A DNA stretch of 64,000 nucleotides from a phage, in NCBI GenBank assembly GCA_026683435.1, contig GCA_026683435.1_4866.1. The stretch is one strand, 5' to 3'. The notes beneath the pieces are model-generated. The model saw only the letters and a program-made list of their open reading frames with translations, did not search any database and was not told the origin of the DNA. The position numbers and the translations under genes were made by a program. Positions 1 to 9,410 of this stretch are shown here, one piece after another; position 1 is the stretch's first letter, and the number at the start of each line of letters is the position of its first letter.

Positions 1-1443
1 GATATAGATTAAGAAGTAACGGATGTAGTATTTTTCAGGACGACACACCGCGATGTAATAACGGCCTTCGGGTTCTTTAATACGGTTGATTTCCGTACGA
101 GACGGAATATCAATACCACGCGTCAAAATAACCGAGACAGGTCGTTTACCCATCGGAAAGTCAATCTTTAACGTTATTGACTTATCGACGCTACGGTAGT
201 ATTCCTTAACAGGCTTACCTTTGTCATCGAACAACAAGTCAGTAATATCATTTAAGACATAACCCTTTTCCTGATGCAGAACATCACGCAACGTTGTAGC
301 GAGTTCGTCACGAATATCCAGCGCACGGTACGACAATAAGGGCGGGCGAAGCATTCTGGAGATGGCCAGGTCTTCAAAGAACCAGACATTGGAATCTTCT
401 CCACTGAAATGCATCTTGTCTGCCGGTAATCCATCACCTGCCACGTCAACGAACTTCTTACGTTTAACGAACTCATTGTTAACAACACCGATTGGATCAT
501 ACTGCCGCATCTTCGGTGTATCTTTCCATGCCAGGGCGGCGTGGTTGTTTACAATCGTGTAGATGTTATCCCACGGTTGTTTAGTGAACATTACGGAAAA
601 GTGTGCATCAGGAATCATTTTCCCAATAAACACCAAGTCGTCCTTGTTCTTTGCATGGTTGCCACCAAACATGTAATAGAAAGTTTCATCTTTCACTTTT
701 ACAGTAGGATGGTCCTCGTTCACCAACGGATAGCAATATTTAACCGTACAAATCGGCGGATATGCCGCAAGGTTCATCCCAGCGGCGATGGGCTCGGGTT
801 CCGCGGATGCAGGCAACTCATCCTTCGACCAGTACGGCTGATATGGAACGCCGTCGTTGGTCGCTGTGATGGCTGAACCTTTTCTAGCCAATTCGTCCGC
901 CCGGTCGTTACCGTAGTGGCCGGAGTGTCCTTTGATTTTGATAACCTTAACACCCCGTCCTTCTTTTTTCATCTGCTGTTTGATTTCCCAGATACGAACA
1001 ATAAGTTCTTTGTTCGCCAGCGGAGTACCGTCAGCACGAACCCAACCGCGTTTATGCCAGCCGTCTATCCACTCGTTAAAAGTGTTTACAACGTAACTGG
1101 CATCCACGTAGATGATATAGTTCTTCGCGCGGAAGGGCGCGTTCTCAAACAACGTGATGAAGGCGATTAACTCGCCCACATCTGAGTAGAACTCTTTCGG
1201 AACGGGAATAACGGCGTCGACAAATTGAACGGTGTCCGGCAACTCCGGACACTTCACATCCTGCGGCACTTTTTTGTATCCAACAGTGGTAATCCGTTCT
1301 GAAACACCCGGATGGCTATAAGCCTGACTGTCTTCCAAATCTCCGTTGTTGAATAAATAACCATGAATACCAGCCCCCGAACCTTTCGGGGACTCAGTAT
1401 GACTACCATCGGTATAAATAACCGCTACGTCGACGTCTTTCAT
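1..1443 (-). CDS. RNase HI-like domain protein with long C-terminal extension (partial, continues past window start)
   Basis: Own translation of minus strand from ATG at 1441-1443: MKDVDVAVIYTDGSHTESPKGSGAGIHGYLF..., then ...KIKGHSGHYGNDRADELARKG about 150 aa in; fits RNase HI catalytic signature (DGS near N-terminus, HSGHxxNDxAD). No stop before position 1, so it is missing from the ORF track. Start overlaps stop of upstream gene (TAATG). Confidence 0.6.
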   Translation of the reverse strand, partial: MKDVDVAVIYTDGSHTESPKGSGAGIHGYLFNNGDLEDSQAYSHPGVSERITTVGYKKVPQDVKCPELPDTVQFVDAVIPVPKEFYSDVGELIAFITLFENAPFRAKNYIIYVDASYVVNTFNEWIDGWHKRGWVRADGTPLANKELIVRIWEIKQQMKKEGRGVKVIKIKGHSGHYGNDRADELARKGSAITATNDGVPYQPYWSKDELPASAEPEPIAAGMNLAAYPPICTVKYCYPLVNEDHPTVKVKDETFYYMFGGNHAKNKDDLVFIGKMIPDAHFSVMFTKQPWDNIYTIVNNHAALAWKDTPKMRQYDPIGVVNNEFVKRKKFVDVAGDGLPADKMHFSGEDSNVWFFEDLAISRMLRPPLLSYRALDIRDELATTLRDVLHQEKGYVLNDITDLLFDDKGKPVKEYYRSVDKSITLKIDFPMGKRPVSVILTRGIDIPSRTEINRIKEPEGRYYIAVCRPEKYYIRYFLIYI

Positions 1444-2162
1444 TATTCTCCTCGCAACTGCGGTGGAATGTATTCACCTGTGCACATTTCGCGGTGGGCT
1501 TCTAACATGCGTTCGAAGCCGTACGTACGCGCAACCAGGGCCAAATGATAGATGCGTGCCGTAGAATACGCTTCCTTCGCAGCATCAAAGCTAGCGTTAT
1601 GCTCGTACGCTTCTTTGCCACGGGTCCAGTGGTGCGCTTCTGCGTGCCAGTTCGGTTCCAGACCAAACGCATATGCAATACGTTCTGCAGTCCGGTCAGA
1701 GTCCAATATAGAAAACTTGCGGTACTTGCCCGGCGGGATATCGCACTGCGCGAACGCGTTCATCAGAATTGGAGCATCGAAATCGGGACCGCGCATGGTG
1801 ATAACCATTTTCACGTTGCCCAGATCATCCAACCATTTTTTAGCCGCCCACAGTGCTTCTGGCAGTGGAGTGGTCCCAGAAAACGCTTCAATGCGTGCTT
1901 TCTCGCTCGGTGCGTATTCGGGGTCGCCTTTACCTTCCCAATAACCGACCGTTTGTGGATCGATGTAGAAGATTTCTTTTGCTTTTGCATCGTTGGGGTC
2001 GATTTTGTGGTAACATGAACCGATCATTTTCATTGTCGGAACATCGAATGCCACGTTTGCCAACGTTAAGATGTAGGCATCTGGACGTAAAGCCAGGGTC
2101 TCTAAGTCCGTCCCAACAACAACGGTGGGCGTTAAAACAGGCAGAATTTTAGGATAGGTCAT
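1443..2162 (-). CDS. DEDDh-type 3'-5' exonuclease (DnaQ/DexA-like)
   Basis: 239-aa ORF; motifs VVGTDLETLA (Exo I D-x-E), GPDFDAPILMNAF (Exo II), HNASFDAAKEAY (Exo III H-x4-D); SD GGAGAG upstream of ATG at 2160-2162. Confidence 0.55.
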   Translation of the reverse strand: MTYPKILPVLTPTVVVGTDLETLALRPDAYILTLANVAFDVPTMKMIGSCYHKIDPNDAKAKEIFYIDPQTVGYWEGKGDPEYAPSEKARIEAFSGTTPLPEALWAAKKWLDDLGNVKMVITMRGPDFDAPILMNAFAQCDIPPGKYRKFSILDSDRTAERIAYAFGLEPNWHAEAHHWTRGKEAYEHNASFDAAKEAYSTARIYHLALVARTYGFERMLEAHREMCTGEYIPPQLRGE

Positions 2163-2250
2163 TTCAACTCTCCACGAGATTATATATCACACTATTGACT
2201 ATTAACGTAAAAAAGGAAATCCCCTCTTACCCGAAGGTAAGAGGGAGTTT

Positions 2251-2730
2251 TCATTGCACAAGGCAACTACTTTTGTGCCGTTCGTAGGCACGATTAAAAG
2301 ACTCTCTGTCTTCGCGATAGCTGCGAATGAGAGACTTAATCTGTCGTGACAAATCACGACTAATGTCTTGAGGGCTACGAGAACCAGGGTCGAGATATAT
2401 CCCGGAGGGTATACCATGAAGAGTGGGGCGAATAAACTCTTCACAAAGCGGTGCGGTCATCGGGGTGTGCCACCCTTTAGCTTCTGCATAGTTGTTTACT
2501 GACTTAGCGTACAGATAAACGTAATAAGCATAAGCGTTCACATCCGCAACAAACATTTTCCCTGCCAGCTTTTTCGCCTCAGGACTGTTCCCACCGTTAT
2601 ATACTGGTGGGTGTTCTAAAGGACGAAAAGGCCAATCTCCGGTTGAGGAGTAATCTGGGTCTACGTGACGGATGACCCCAGGGCATCCTGTCAACAATAG
2701 CACCAGTATCGCCACCAAAAATAACTTCAT
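2251..2730 (-). CDS. lipoprotein (possible o-spanin)
   Basis: N-terminus MKLFLVAILVLLLTGC has signal peptide and lipobox LLTGC; lies 9 nt downstream of a membrane-anchored protein gene on the same strand. Confidence 0.5.
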   Translation of the reverse strand: MKLFLVAILVLLLTGCPGVIRHVDPDYSSTGDWPFRPLEHPPVYNGGNSPEAKKLAGKMFVADVNAYAYYVYLYAKSVNNYAEAKGWHTPMTAPLCEEFIRPTLHGIPSGIYLDPGSRSPQDISRDLSRQIKSLIRSYREDRESFNRAYERHKSSCLVQ

Positions 2731-2739
2731 GTATGCTCC

Positions 2740-3249
2740 TCATGGATTATTAAGCGTACTGATAATCTCCTGTCGGAAATCGTTTGCCGCCTGCGACCCC
2801 ACTGGGCGAGAAGCTGCCTGGTGTTTCTTGGCAGGCGGGCTAGACGGATTTAACGGTGCCTGTGGTGTTACCGGCTTGAGTTCTTCAGGCGGAACCGCGG
2901 CCCCAGTGCCTGTCCCTGTTGGAGATTTGGTACCATCATATGGCGATCGAGAACCCAGGCATGTGAAGAGACGATCGTACAGCTTATTGTTCTCCACTTC
3001 GCCATGATCGGACTTCTCTTTTAGCTCCTTATAGGATATCTCCAGATACTGAGTACGCGATTGGACGCTAACCAGTGTGTGGTATTGAACAATGTAGGCA
3101 TATGAGACAAATGCAGAGAACGCGATCAGTGCCACTATCACTAGTGTCACTATTTTCCCGGCTCGTGTTACTTTCTCCCCCTCGCCCGGTTTAAATGCTT
3201 CCCACAGAATCTGTAAGAATGGAAGCAGTTTGAAAACTGATGCTATCAT
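2740..3249 (-). CDS. membrane-anchored protein with Pro-rich C-terminus (possible i-spanin)
   Basis: ORF track 2740..3255 begins at GTG; first ATG at 3247-3249. Hydrophobic helix IVTLVIVALIAFSAFVSYAYIV, charged helical segment, then Pro/Ser-rich tail; immediately followed by the lipoprotein gene. Confidence 0.4.
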   Translation of the reverse strand: MIASVFKLLPFLQILWEAFKPGEGEKVTRAGKIVTLVIVALIAFSAFVSYAYIVQYHTLVSVQSRTQYLEISYKELKEKSDHGEVENNKLYDRLFTCLGSRSPYDGTKSPTGTGTGAAVPPEELKPVTPQAPLNPSSPPAKKHQAASRPVGSQAANDFRQEIISTLNNP

Positions 3250-3273
3250 GCTCACCTCGGAGAGTTTTTAATT

Positions 3274-4653
3274 ATGTATGATTTACAAGGCTTTATTCAA
3301 ATAGCGGCTCTGATTGATAATGGCCCTGGCAACACCGCTCCGGTAGGTGAGTTGTCTGAGCTGTCATATTCGTTCGCTAAAAGCAAGCAGTATTTTACTA
3401 AAGAAAATCTGCAGGTGGAACTGGTTGCTTTTACTTCTAAACGTGACGAGTTGCCTATTAAGACCCCGGCCGTCTTTAGCGACCACGTTCTTACTGTTTC
3501 CCAATGGATCTACCAACAGTCTATCCTGGGCAACTTAAGAAACGACGAAGTTGAATTCCAGCGTTTGCTGTTGGGGCAATTTAATAGTGTCATCAGCGGT
3601 GTTCAGTCTGGCGCGATGATTCAGACTAACAGTAACTGGTTCCCACGTTGGGTCAGTTGGAAACTTGAAACCACAGCAGATAAAGTCGAAGACCCGTCTG
3701 ATGTAAATAACCAGATTATTCTCTGGTTTGCTGATGAAGATTTCAATCAGGACTATACTGGATTTGAAATTGAAGTCCAAATGCCGATATTACCGGTTGA
3801 TACTTTCTTGGCTGTGAAATCTGTAGTCGAAAAGGCAATGGAAGGGTTCAACCTTCCGGATCACCATAATAAGATTAACGAATTAGCTGACGGTTATCCG
3901 TACACTAGCCTGATTACTAACATCTATACTTGGCACGACCAGGAAGACTTTGACTCCACCTTACCGATACCGATGTCGGCTATCATCTACGGACGCGCGG
4001 GTCGTAACCCGAGCAGGATTAAACAAGCGTTACGTGATTACATTTTGGCAAACTCCAGTTTTACTGTGGCGTTGGGTGTCAAAGTGTTCCCAGAAATCTT
4101 TACGACCACCAAGTTCACAATTGTTCCCGGTTGGTCAATTCGTGGGATTCCAAATGAGGAAGATGTTGCGGCATTATACTCGCCGATTCTCCCATATGAT
4201 TTCTGGGTCAAAGCAATCTCCCGATTTGGGGAGTGGACTGTTCAAACCATTACGGAAAAAAATAGTGGAGCGATCTCGATTCCAACTACCGATGTAACGG
4301 ATTTACCGTCCATCTATAAATCGTTGAACGCCGTGGTTATCGCTGGCCCTGAAAACGATTCACGCAAAACGACCCTGCATGACACAATTCCTGACTACGC
4401 ATTAATCGGCACTAATAATGCGGATATTGCGAGAATGTCGAAGAAAACCACCGAGTGGTTGGATCTGTTCTTCCAGGCGTTAATTGCAGCCGAAGAGTAC
4501 CATCCGCACTCCACCCCGTTGGATATCGTGAAGCTCGTAGACGACGTTGATCCTAACGTTTACTTCTACGTCTTCGAATTCGATAACGTGGAATATCGTG
4601 TCTTGGCCCGTAAGGCCATTTGGGATGTTCCTGCGGTAGAGCCAAAAGCCTAA
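3274..4653 (+). CDS. hypothetical protein (459 aa)
   Basis: Long ORF with ATG start, 18 nt divergent from the neighbouring minus-strand gene; no motif recognised. Confidence 0.6.
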   Translation: MYDLQGFIQIAALIDNGPGNTAPVGELSELSYSFAKSKQYFTKENLQVELVAFTSKRDELPIKTPAVFSDHVLTVSQWIYQQSILGNLRNDEVEFQRLLLGQFNSVISGVQSGAMIQTNSNWFPRWVSWKLETTADKVEDPSDVNNQIILWFADEDFNQDYTGFEIEVQMPILPVDTFLAVKSVVEKAMEGFNLPDHHNKINELADGYPYTSLITNIYTWHDQEDFDSTLPIPMSAIIYGRAGRNPSRIKQALRDYILANSSFTVALGVKVFPEIFTTTKFTIVPGWSIRGIPNEEDVAALYSPILPYDFWVKAISRFGEWTVQTITEKNSGAISIPTTDVTDLPSIYKSLNAVVIAGPENDSRKTTLHDTIPDYALIGTNNADIARMSKKTTEWLDLFFQALIAAEEYHPHSTPLDIVKLVDDVDPNVYFYVFEFDNVEYRVLARKAIWDVPAVEPKA

Positions 4654-4663
4654 GGAGGGTTAA

Positions 4664-5287
4664 ATGGCACAACTGTTGCCTAACACGCCTCAGGTTAACC
4701 TTGAGGGGTTGTTCAAGGTTAAGACACCTTATACGTTGCCAGATAAAGTGATTTACCGTGTTGACGCGGTACAGAACTTTCCGAAACTCCAACGTAATAA
4801 TATTGACGTTTATAACAAGTATTATAAACCTGTCGGCCTAACTCGTGACGACTATATCAGCGACGCTAATGTCGAAGCCTCGATTGTAACATTAAAGTCG
4901 AGGGACGGTCAAGTCTACGAGTTGCCTGATACGTACATTGAGACGTATCCTGGACTGAACGGGTTAAATTATAGACGCAATGTGGTGGTTATTGACCTGG
5001 CATTAATACCCGAATACGTCGATGTCACACTGCTAACGAACGACCTGAAAAGCATCTTAGAACGCGGTTTAGGAATCGAAGCACGTGTGGACATCACATC
5101 GATGGATTACGAAGGGACGGTGACGGAAGAAGAACACTTGCAAATGGAAGCGGTGCGTAAAGCCAAAATCCGTGAGCAGGTTCCTCTGACAGAACAAGTT
5201 GCAACACTCACTAAGCAGAATCAAGAACTGCAGGCGTTGAATGATGCGATGTTGAAAATCCTGAAAGATAACGGGTTAACAAATTAA
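4664..5287 (+). CDS. hypothetical protein (207 aa), coiled-coil C-terminus
   Basis: ORF 10 nt after previous gene; C-terminal heptad-like LTEQVATLTKQNQELQALNDAMLKILK; followed by a strong terminator. Confidence 0.6.
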   Translation: MAQLLPNTPQVNLEGLFKVKTPYTLPDKVIYRVDAVQNFPKLQRNNIDVYNKYYKPVGLTRDDYISDANVEASIVTLKSRDGQVYELPDTYIETYPGLNGLNYRRNVVVIDLALIPEYVDVTLLTNDLKSILERGLGIEARVDITSMDYEGTVTEEEHLQMEAVRKAKIREQVPLTEQVATLTKQNQELQALNDAMLKILKDNGLTN

Positions 5288-5302
5288 AGAAAAAAAAAGA
5301 AC

Positions 5303-5340
5303 TACCTACTCCCTTGGGAGTAGGTAGGCTTTTATTTTTA
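5303..5340. terminator. bidirectional rho-independent terminator
   Basis: Stem CTACCTACTCCC / GGGAGTAGGTAG flanked by an A-tract upstream and TTTTATTTTT downstream, between convergent genes 4664..5287 (+) and 5346..6503 (-). Confidence 0.7.
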
Positions 5341-5345
5341 TCGCA

Positions 5346-6503
5346 TTATTTACCGATGATATCACGGACCATTGCTTTGATTGTGGCAACAGTACGTTTC
5401 TTTTTCGGCAGCTTGCGGATTTCTGCGTACAGTTTATCCAGGTTCAGCGTTTTCTGTACCTGCGCAACAATCTGCATTTGCTCTTCGTCGATCTTCACTT
5501 CGACGGTTTGTTCCTGCATTTTGCCCAGTTCCTGAATCACACTGGAAACCGATACCGGATAAGCTGTTGATTTTGGACGTTCGATACCGAGGGTAACAAA
5601 GATTTCGTCGTCAATAAACACATTTTCGATATCAACCAAGTTTTCCAGAATGATTTCATCGTGGTCTTCATCTTCCGACGCATTCGGGTATGGACGTTTG
5701 TAGGTGTAATCCCACACGTCATAACCGAGTTTATCTGCGAGTTGTACGAAACCTTCCCAGGTTACTTCGCCGGGGTTGATAGTCTGACCACGGAAACCGG
5801 GGTTGGCCGTAAAGACTTTCACCCAGTCGATGTTCGCGATGTTACGACACTCTTCCAGCGGCGCGTAACGATCTCCCACTTCGTCATTGTCAGTCTCTTC
5901 AACATGCTCTGCTTCACAACGCTCGAAAGTAACTGAGTGTGGTTTACCGTCACCGAAGATAACGGAGGCAGCACGCCAGTCTTCGATAGTCCACTGGACA
6001 TGAGTCAATTCAATGTAACAATGCCCAACCTTAACACGACCATGTGGAGCACTTACTGGTTTAATCAGCTCACCTGGTTCGAAGAAGAATTCGTCAGAAT
6101 GTGCAATGGCATACCAGACACCATCAACACCTTCAACGAGAATAGACCAGTTATAAGGCGCGTGGCAATTTTGGAAAGCTACGCCCAGCATACTTCCCCA
6201 ACGGTCATCTGGCGAATATTTCAGTGGCGGCAGGTTATCAAACTGAAGAGTTTGAGAAGAAAGGCACAACTTATTACGCAGGTGCGGCAGCGGCAGATAA
6301 GCCTCCACATTGTTATCGACCAGCGCATTGTAAAGATCCGGGTTGATAACACCGGTGCCAGTGACGTGTTGTGCAATCAGAGCTTCTGAATATGCACGAA
6401 TACCTTCGTAGCTAAGCACATACGCACGGTCACGTACTACACGAGCCATATCTTCGATTACGGAAATTGGAAATTTCATGTTAATAGTCCTTATAAAAGT
6501 CAA
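5346..6503 (-). CDS. hypothetical protein (385 aa)
   Basis: Long ORF; no recognisable motif. Confidence 0.55.
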   Translation of the reverse strand: MTFIRTINMKFPISVIEDMARVVRDRAYVLSYEGIRAYSEALIAQHVTGTGVINPDLYNALVDNNVEAYLPLPHLRNKLCLSSQTLQFDNLPPLKYSPDDRWGSMLGVAFQNCHAPYNWSILVEGVDGVWYAIAHSDEFFFEPGELIKPVSAPHGRVKVGHCYIELTHVQWTIEDWRAASVIFGDGKPHSVTFERCEAEHVEETDNDEVGDRYAPLEECRNIANIDWVKVFTANPGFRGQTINPGEVTWEGFVQLADKLGYDVWDYTYKRPYPNASEDEDHDEIILENLVDIENVFIDDEIFVTLGIERPKSTAYPVSVSSVIQELGKMQEQTVEVKIDEEQMQIVAQVQKTLNLDKLYAEIRKLPKKKRTVATIKAMVRDIIGK

Positions 6504-6539
6504 TGGTATTTTCAGATGATTAGTTACTGCTGTAAAAAA

Positions 6540-6806
6540 CTAGTTACGGTCGGAATTAAAGACGTGCCAGGTACTACGCCAGCGGAAGAATCGGGTTATG
6601 AAACCACGTATGTGGTAGCCTGAGAACAACATCCAGATCGTGAGAAAAAGCTGCGCCCATGGAGTGGTGAGTTCCATCAAATGCGCGACTATCGCACCAA
6701 CTATCAACATTACCGTGGAGAATAACAAACTATACATCATCGGAATGTTGTGGCTATAGCGTTTCTCCATCCAGTAGAGAAAATTTATTAAACGTTTCAC
6801 GAACAC
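6540..6806 (-). CDS. small membrane protein (88 aa, two predicted TM helices)
   Basis: Hydrophobic stretches SLLFSTVMLIVGAIVAHL and LFLTIWMLFSGYHI. Confidence 0.45.
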   Translation of the reverse strand: MFVKRLINFLYWMEKRYSHNIPMMYSLLFSTVMLIVGAIVAHLMELTTPWAQLFLTIWMLFSGYHIRGFITRFFRWRSTWHVFNSDRN

Positions 6807-6814
6807 ACATCCAA

Positions 6815-6852
6815 GAATTAAATAAAAGGTGGTCAGACCCGAAGGTCTGACC
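6815..6852 (-). terminator. rho-independent terminator
   Basis: Stem GGTCAGACC / GGTCTGACC with loop CGAA; on minus strand followed by ACCTTTTATTTAATT; sits after stop of 6858..7451. Confidence 0.6.
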
Positions 6853-6857
6853 GTTAA

Positions 6858-7451
6858 TTACGCATCGGCCTCAAAGAACGGCTGGTTTGGTACCACTGCG
6901 TATTCGAGCACGAACAGATGTTCTGGGGCATCTTCTGCTCGCCACAGTTTGTGGCACGTTGCCAGTTTTTCCAGGATGGTCAACCAGCTGAGCTGGCAGA
7001 AAGCACGGTCGCCGAAGAACAGTTTCTGCAGTGCAATCGACACATCCATATACGCCTGTTTGAAGTCGAGTTCTTTATCGTAACCCGCCGACTGTCGCCA
7101 CGTCAGCACGAAACCTGCTTCGGTTTCGTTAATTGCTGGACGTAAACCACAAATCCACATCAGTGCCAGATTAACGTTCCAGTCGAATTCGATACCTTCG
7201 TCTTCGTCATCACCAAACGCCGCGTTTAACGCATCGTAGAAACCGTGGTTCTCTGCGAACCATTCGCCGTACTCAACGTAGACCGGTGCTTCGACAGCTT
7301 CCCCATCGACTTCACCGATAGGACGCTCTACATAGTTCGGGTTGGTTTGAACGTGTTCCGCACCCGCGCGAATTAATTCGTAGACATCTTTGGCGGTGAT
7401 TTGTGCGGCTGTTTTAAGACCTGGATACCAGGGGCGTGTTACGAGTGTCAA
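6858..7451 (-). CDS. hypothetical protein (197 aa)
   Basis: ORF; acidic protein, no motif recognised. Confidence 0.5.
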   Translation of the reverse strand: MTLVTRPWYPGLKTAAQITAKDVYELIRAGAEHVQTNPNYVERPIGEVDGEAVEAPVYVEYGEWFAENHGFYDALNAAFGDDEDEGIEFDWNVNLALMWICGLRPAINETEAGFVLTWRQSAGYDKELDFKQAYMDVSIALQKLFFGDRAFCQLSWLTILEKLATCHKLWRAEDAPEHLFVLEYAVVPNQPFFEADA

Positions 7452-8170
7452 AGCAATGCTCCTTTCATGATAGTGTTATTTGCCAGTAGTGTACCGGCCG
7501 CAGGTGATATTTTGGTGTACAGCGTATCCCAGATTTTCTGAAGCTCAGCGACGCGTTGGTCGCGGTCTTCCTTCGCAAAAGCAAGCTGACGTGTTTCAGC
7601 TTTCGGTGGCGTCATTTTCGCACCGTAGAATGCTGCGTCTTTTCGGTAGCTGTCCATCCAGCGTTTCCCGACCGATGATTTCTTTTTAATCATCGCAACA
7701 GCAGCGCTCTCACCGAAGCGGTAGCCTAATGCAATTTCGGCTGTGCTCGGCTTGCGTTTGAGTTGTTTTGTCAGATGATCCTCGATGTGTTTCATGTAAA
7801 CAGCAGCAAGCTGTACAGCATATTTCGGTTTATTAAGGTCTGCGTTCTTTGGGATGTTAAGTTGTTTCCCATACAGACGTATCATGGAGCGTTTAGTACC
7901 TGTCGTCATTTGGACAACACTACTAGCACTGCTCGATTTATTCTTACCCACGTTTTTATTAAAACGGGATTCGCGGTAAATGGTGGTCGCAAGCATCCCG
8001 GCATGTACACCTTGCTTTTGAGATGCAGAGACGATGAGAGGTTTAATCTCATTGAACTGGTCCTGGATAAGGACAAATTCTTTTTGATGTTTGTTACTGG
8101 TGGACTGGTAAGAAGCGTTGCTGTTGAATGTGGTCACTGCTACCAGAAGAAATAAAATGGTGCGAAACAT
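7448..8170 (-). CDS. secreted protein, possibly lytic transglycosylase (SLT)-like
   Basis: N-terminal signal peptide MFRTILFLLVAVTTFNSNA; segment YRESRFNKNV...SASSVVQMTTGT loosely resembles the SLT ES...S..GA.GLMQ motif. Confidence 0.35.
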   Translation of the reverse strand: MFRTILFLLVAVTTFNSNASYQSTSNKHQKEFVLIQDQFNEIKPLIVSASQKQGVHAGMLATTIYRESRFNKNVGKNKSSSASSVVQMTTGTKRSMIRLYGKQLNIPKNADLNKPKYAVQLAAVYMKHIEDHLTKQLKRKPSTAEIALGYRFGESAAVAMIKKKSSVGKRWMDSYRKDAAFYGAKMTPPKAETRQLAFAKEDRDQRVAELQKIWDTLYTKISPAAGTLLANNTIMKGALL

Positions 8171-8269
8171 GGATGTATCTCCAAACGGATTTATACTTTT
8201 CCGTTCCCAATCCGGGAAGACGGCGCGGACGGCATTGTGCTCCTTTGTAATGTGCCCTGATGATAATAT

Positions 8270-8770
8270 CTATTTGAAACTTTTTGGGATGATTTTCTCT
8301 GCTTCCCTCAGCAGGGTGTCTGGTAAATAGAATCGATAAGTCTGCTCCGTGTGCTGTAGTCGTTTCTGTAAGTGTATAAAGATTTCCAATCGCTCATGGT
8401 AACGTAACCAGCCGTTAGCCATCCCTAGGGGCGGTATCGCAATCCCTCCTTCTAAGTCTTCCCCTAGTCGCGCCAGCGCATCAATGCCGGACGTGACATA
8501 GTAAATCTGCGATTTATAGCGAAAATGGGTTTTAGTAGGAAGGAGTATTACCCCTTCCTCAGGATAACAATAGACCTCACCAATAACGATTTGCTCTTTA
8601 CGGCATTTCTGGCGATAGTCATTATAAAGCGATGGGAAGCGTTCTCGGCACGCCAAAGCAATGCCCCTTCCCATTGCACCAACACAGTTAACTGTAACGA
8701 CCTTGAAGCGCTCAGGCGCGTTAAACAGGTCGTGGGAGATAATAGCCTCGTCGATCAGTTCTAGTGGCAT
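8270..8770 (-). CDS. macrodomain protein (TARG1/DarG-like ADP-ribose hydrolase fold)
   Basis: VVTVNCVGAMGRGIALACRERFP and IAIPPLGMANGWL align by eye with the TARG1/OARD1 and DarG macrodomain core (C-x-D-C-RMGAGIA...F and P-R-IGCGL); size 166 aa fits a single macrodomain. Confidence 0.55.
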   Translation of the reverse strand: MPLELIDEAIISHDLFNAPERFKVVTVNCVGAMGRGIALACRERFPSLYNDYRQKCRKEQIVIGEVYCYPEEGVILLPTKTHFRYKSQIYYVTSGIDALARLGEDLEGGIAIPPLGMANGWLRYHERLEIFIHLQKRLQHTEQTYRFYLPDTLLREAEKIIPKSFK

Positions 8771-8969
8771 CTATTGCCATACCCCATTGTGAAATAACCG
8801 GAGACTGAAGCAACGATTCCAGCTCAGTAAGAACTCTGGCTTTTGCTTCTTCGCGCAACTTACGGACTTCCGGATCGGGTTTACCTGCGCCTAAATATTG
8901 GGGTTCTGTTTGTGGGGTAGGGAAACCACAGAAAGAACTAACCATTATTCCGATGATTGTTTTTTGCAT

Positions 8970-9392
8970 TTAGCTATTCCTTCTCACCCAGGTTTGTACC
9001 GCTGACTCGAAACCTTCGTGTTCGATACCGAGTCGTTTCATTGCCAACATAGTGTTGAGGCTATTCGTAATTTCTTCACGGTAGCGATGGTCGTCCATCT
9101 TACGCCAACACTTCTCCGGGTCAACACCTAAGCGTTGGAGTAGATACGCCTCACGCACCATACCAGGCCGCCAGAATTTAGGGCGGGTAATCGCGATTTC
9201 AATCATGGGTGTCATGTCCAACGTGTGCGCGAGAATACTAACCGGCGTTTCCCCAACTTTATCACGTAACGCTAAACGTAACCACCACTGAACGTTTGCT
9301 TTGGTTTCAGGTAACAGATCGTAGAATAAGGCTGTTTCTTCTTCTGATAAATGATCGTATAGTGATTTTGTTTCGCGAATAGCGGTAACCAT
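8970..9392 (-). CDS. hypothetical protein (140 aa)
   Basis: ORF only. Confidence 0.45.
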   Translation of the reverse strand: MVTAIRETKSLYDHLSEEETALFYDLLPETKANVQWWLRLALRDKVGETPVSILAHTLDMTPMIEIAITRPKFWRPGMVREAYLLQRLGVDPEKCWRKMDDHRYREEITNSLNTMLAMKRLGIEHEGFESAVQTWVRRNS

Positions 9393-9410
9393 TTTAATGC
9401 TCCTTTAGAT

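Noticed and set aside
1545-2152. Plus-strand ORFs (1545..2018, 1552..1944, 1853..2152) antisense to the exonuclease gene, and similar antisense ORFs inside SbcC (12575..13559) and the large fibre genes
   Set aside because: Embedded in alternative frames of long, motif-supported genes; typical six-frame noise in this GC range.
2202-2444. 80-aa minus ORF overlapping the lipoprotein gene
   Set aside because: Alternative frame of a gene with clear signal-peptide/lipobox features; no independent support.
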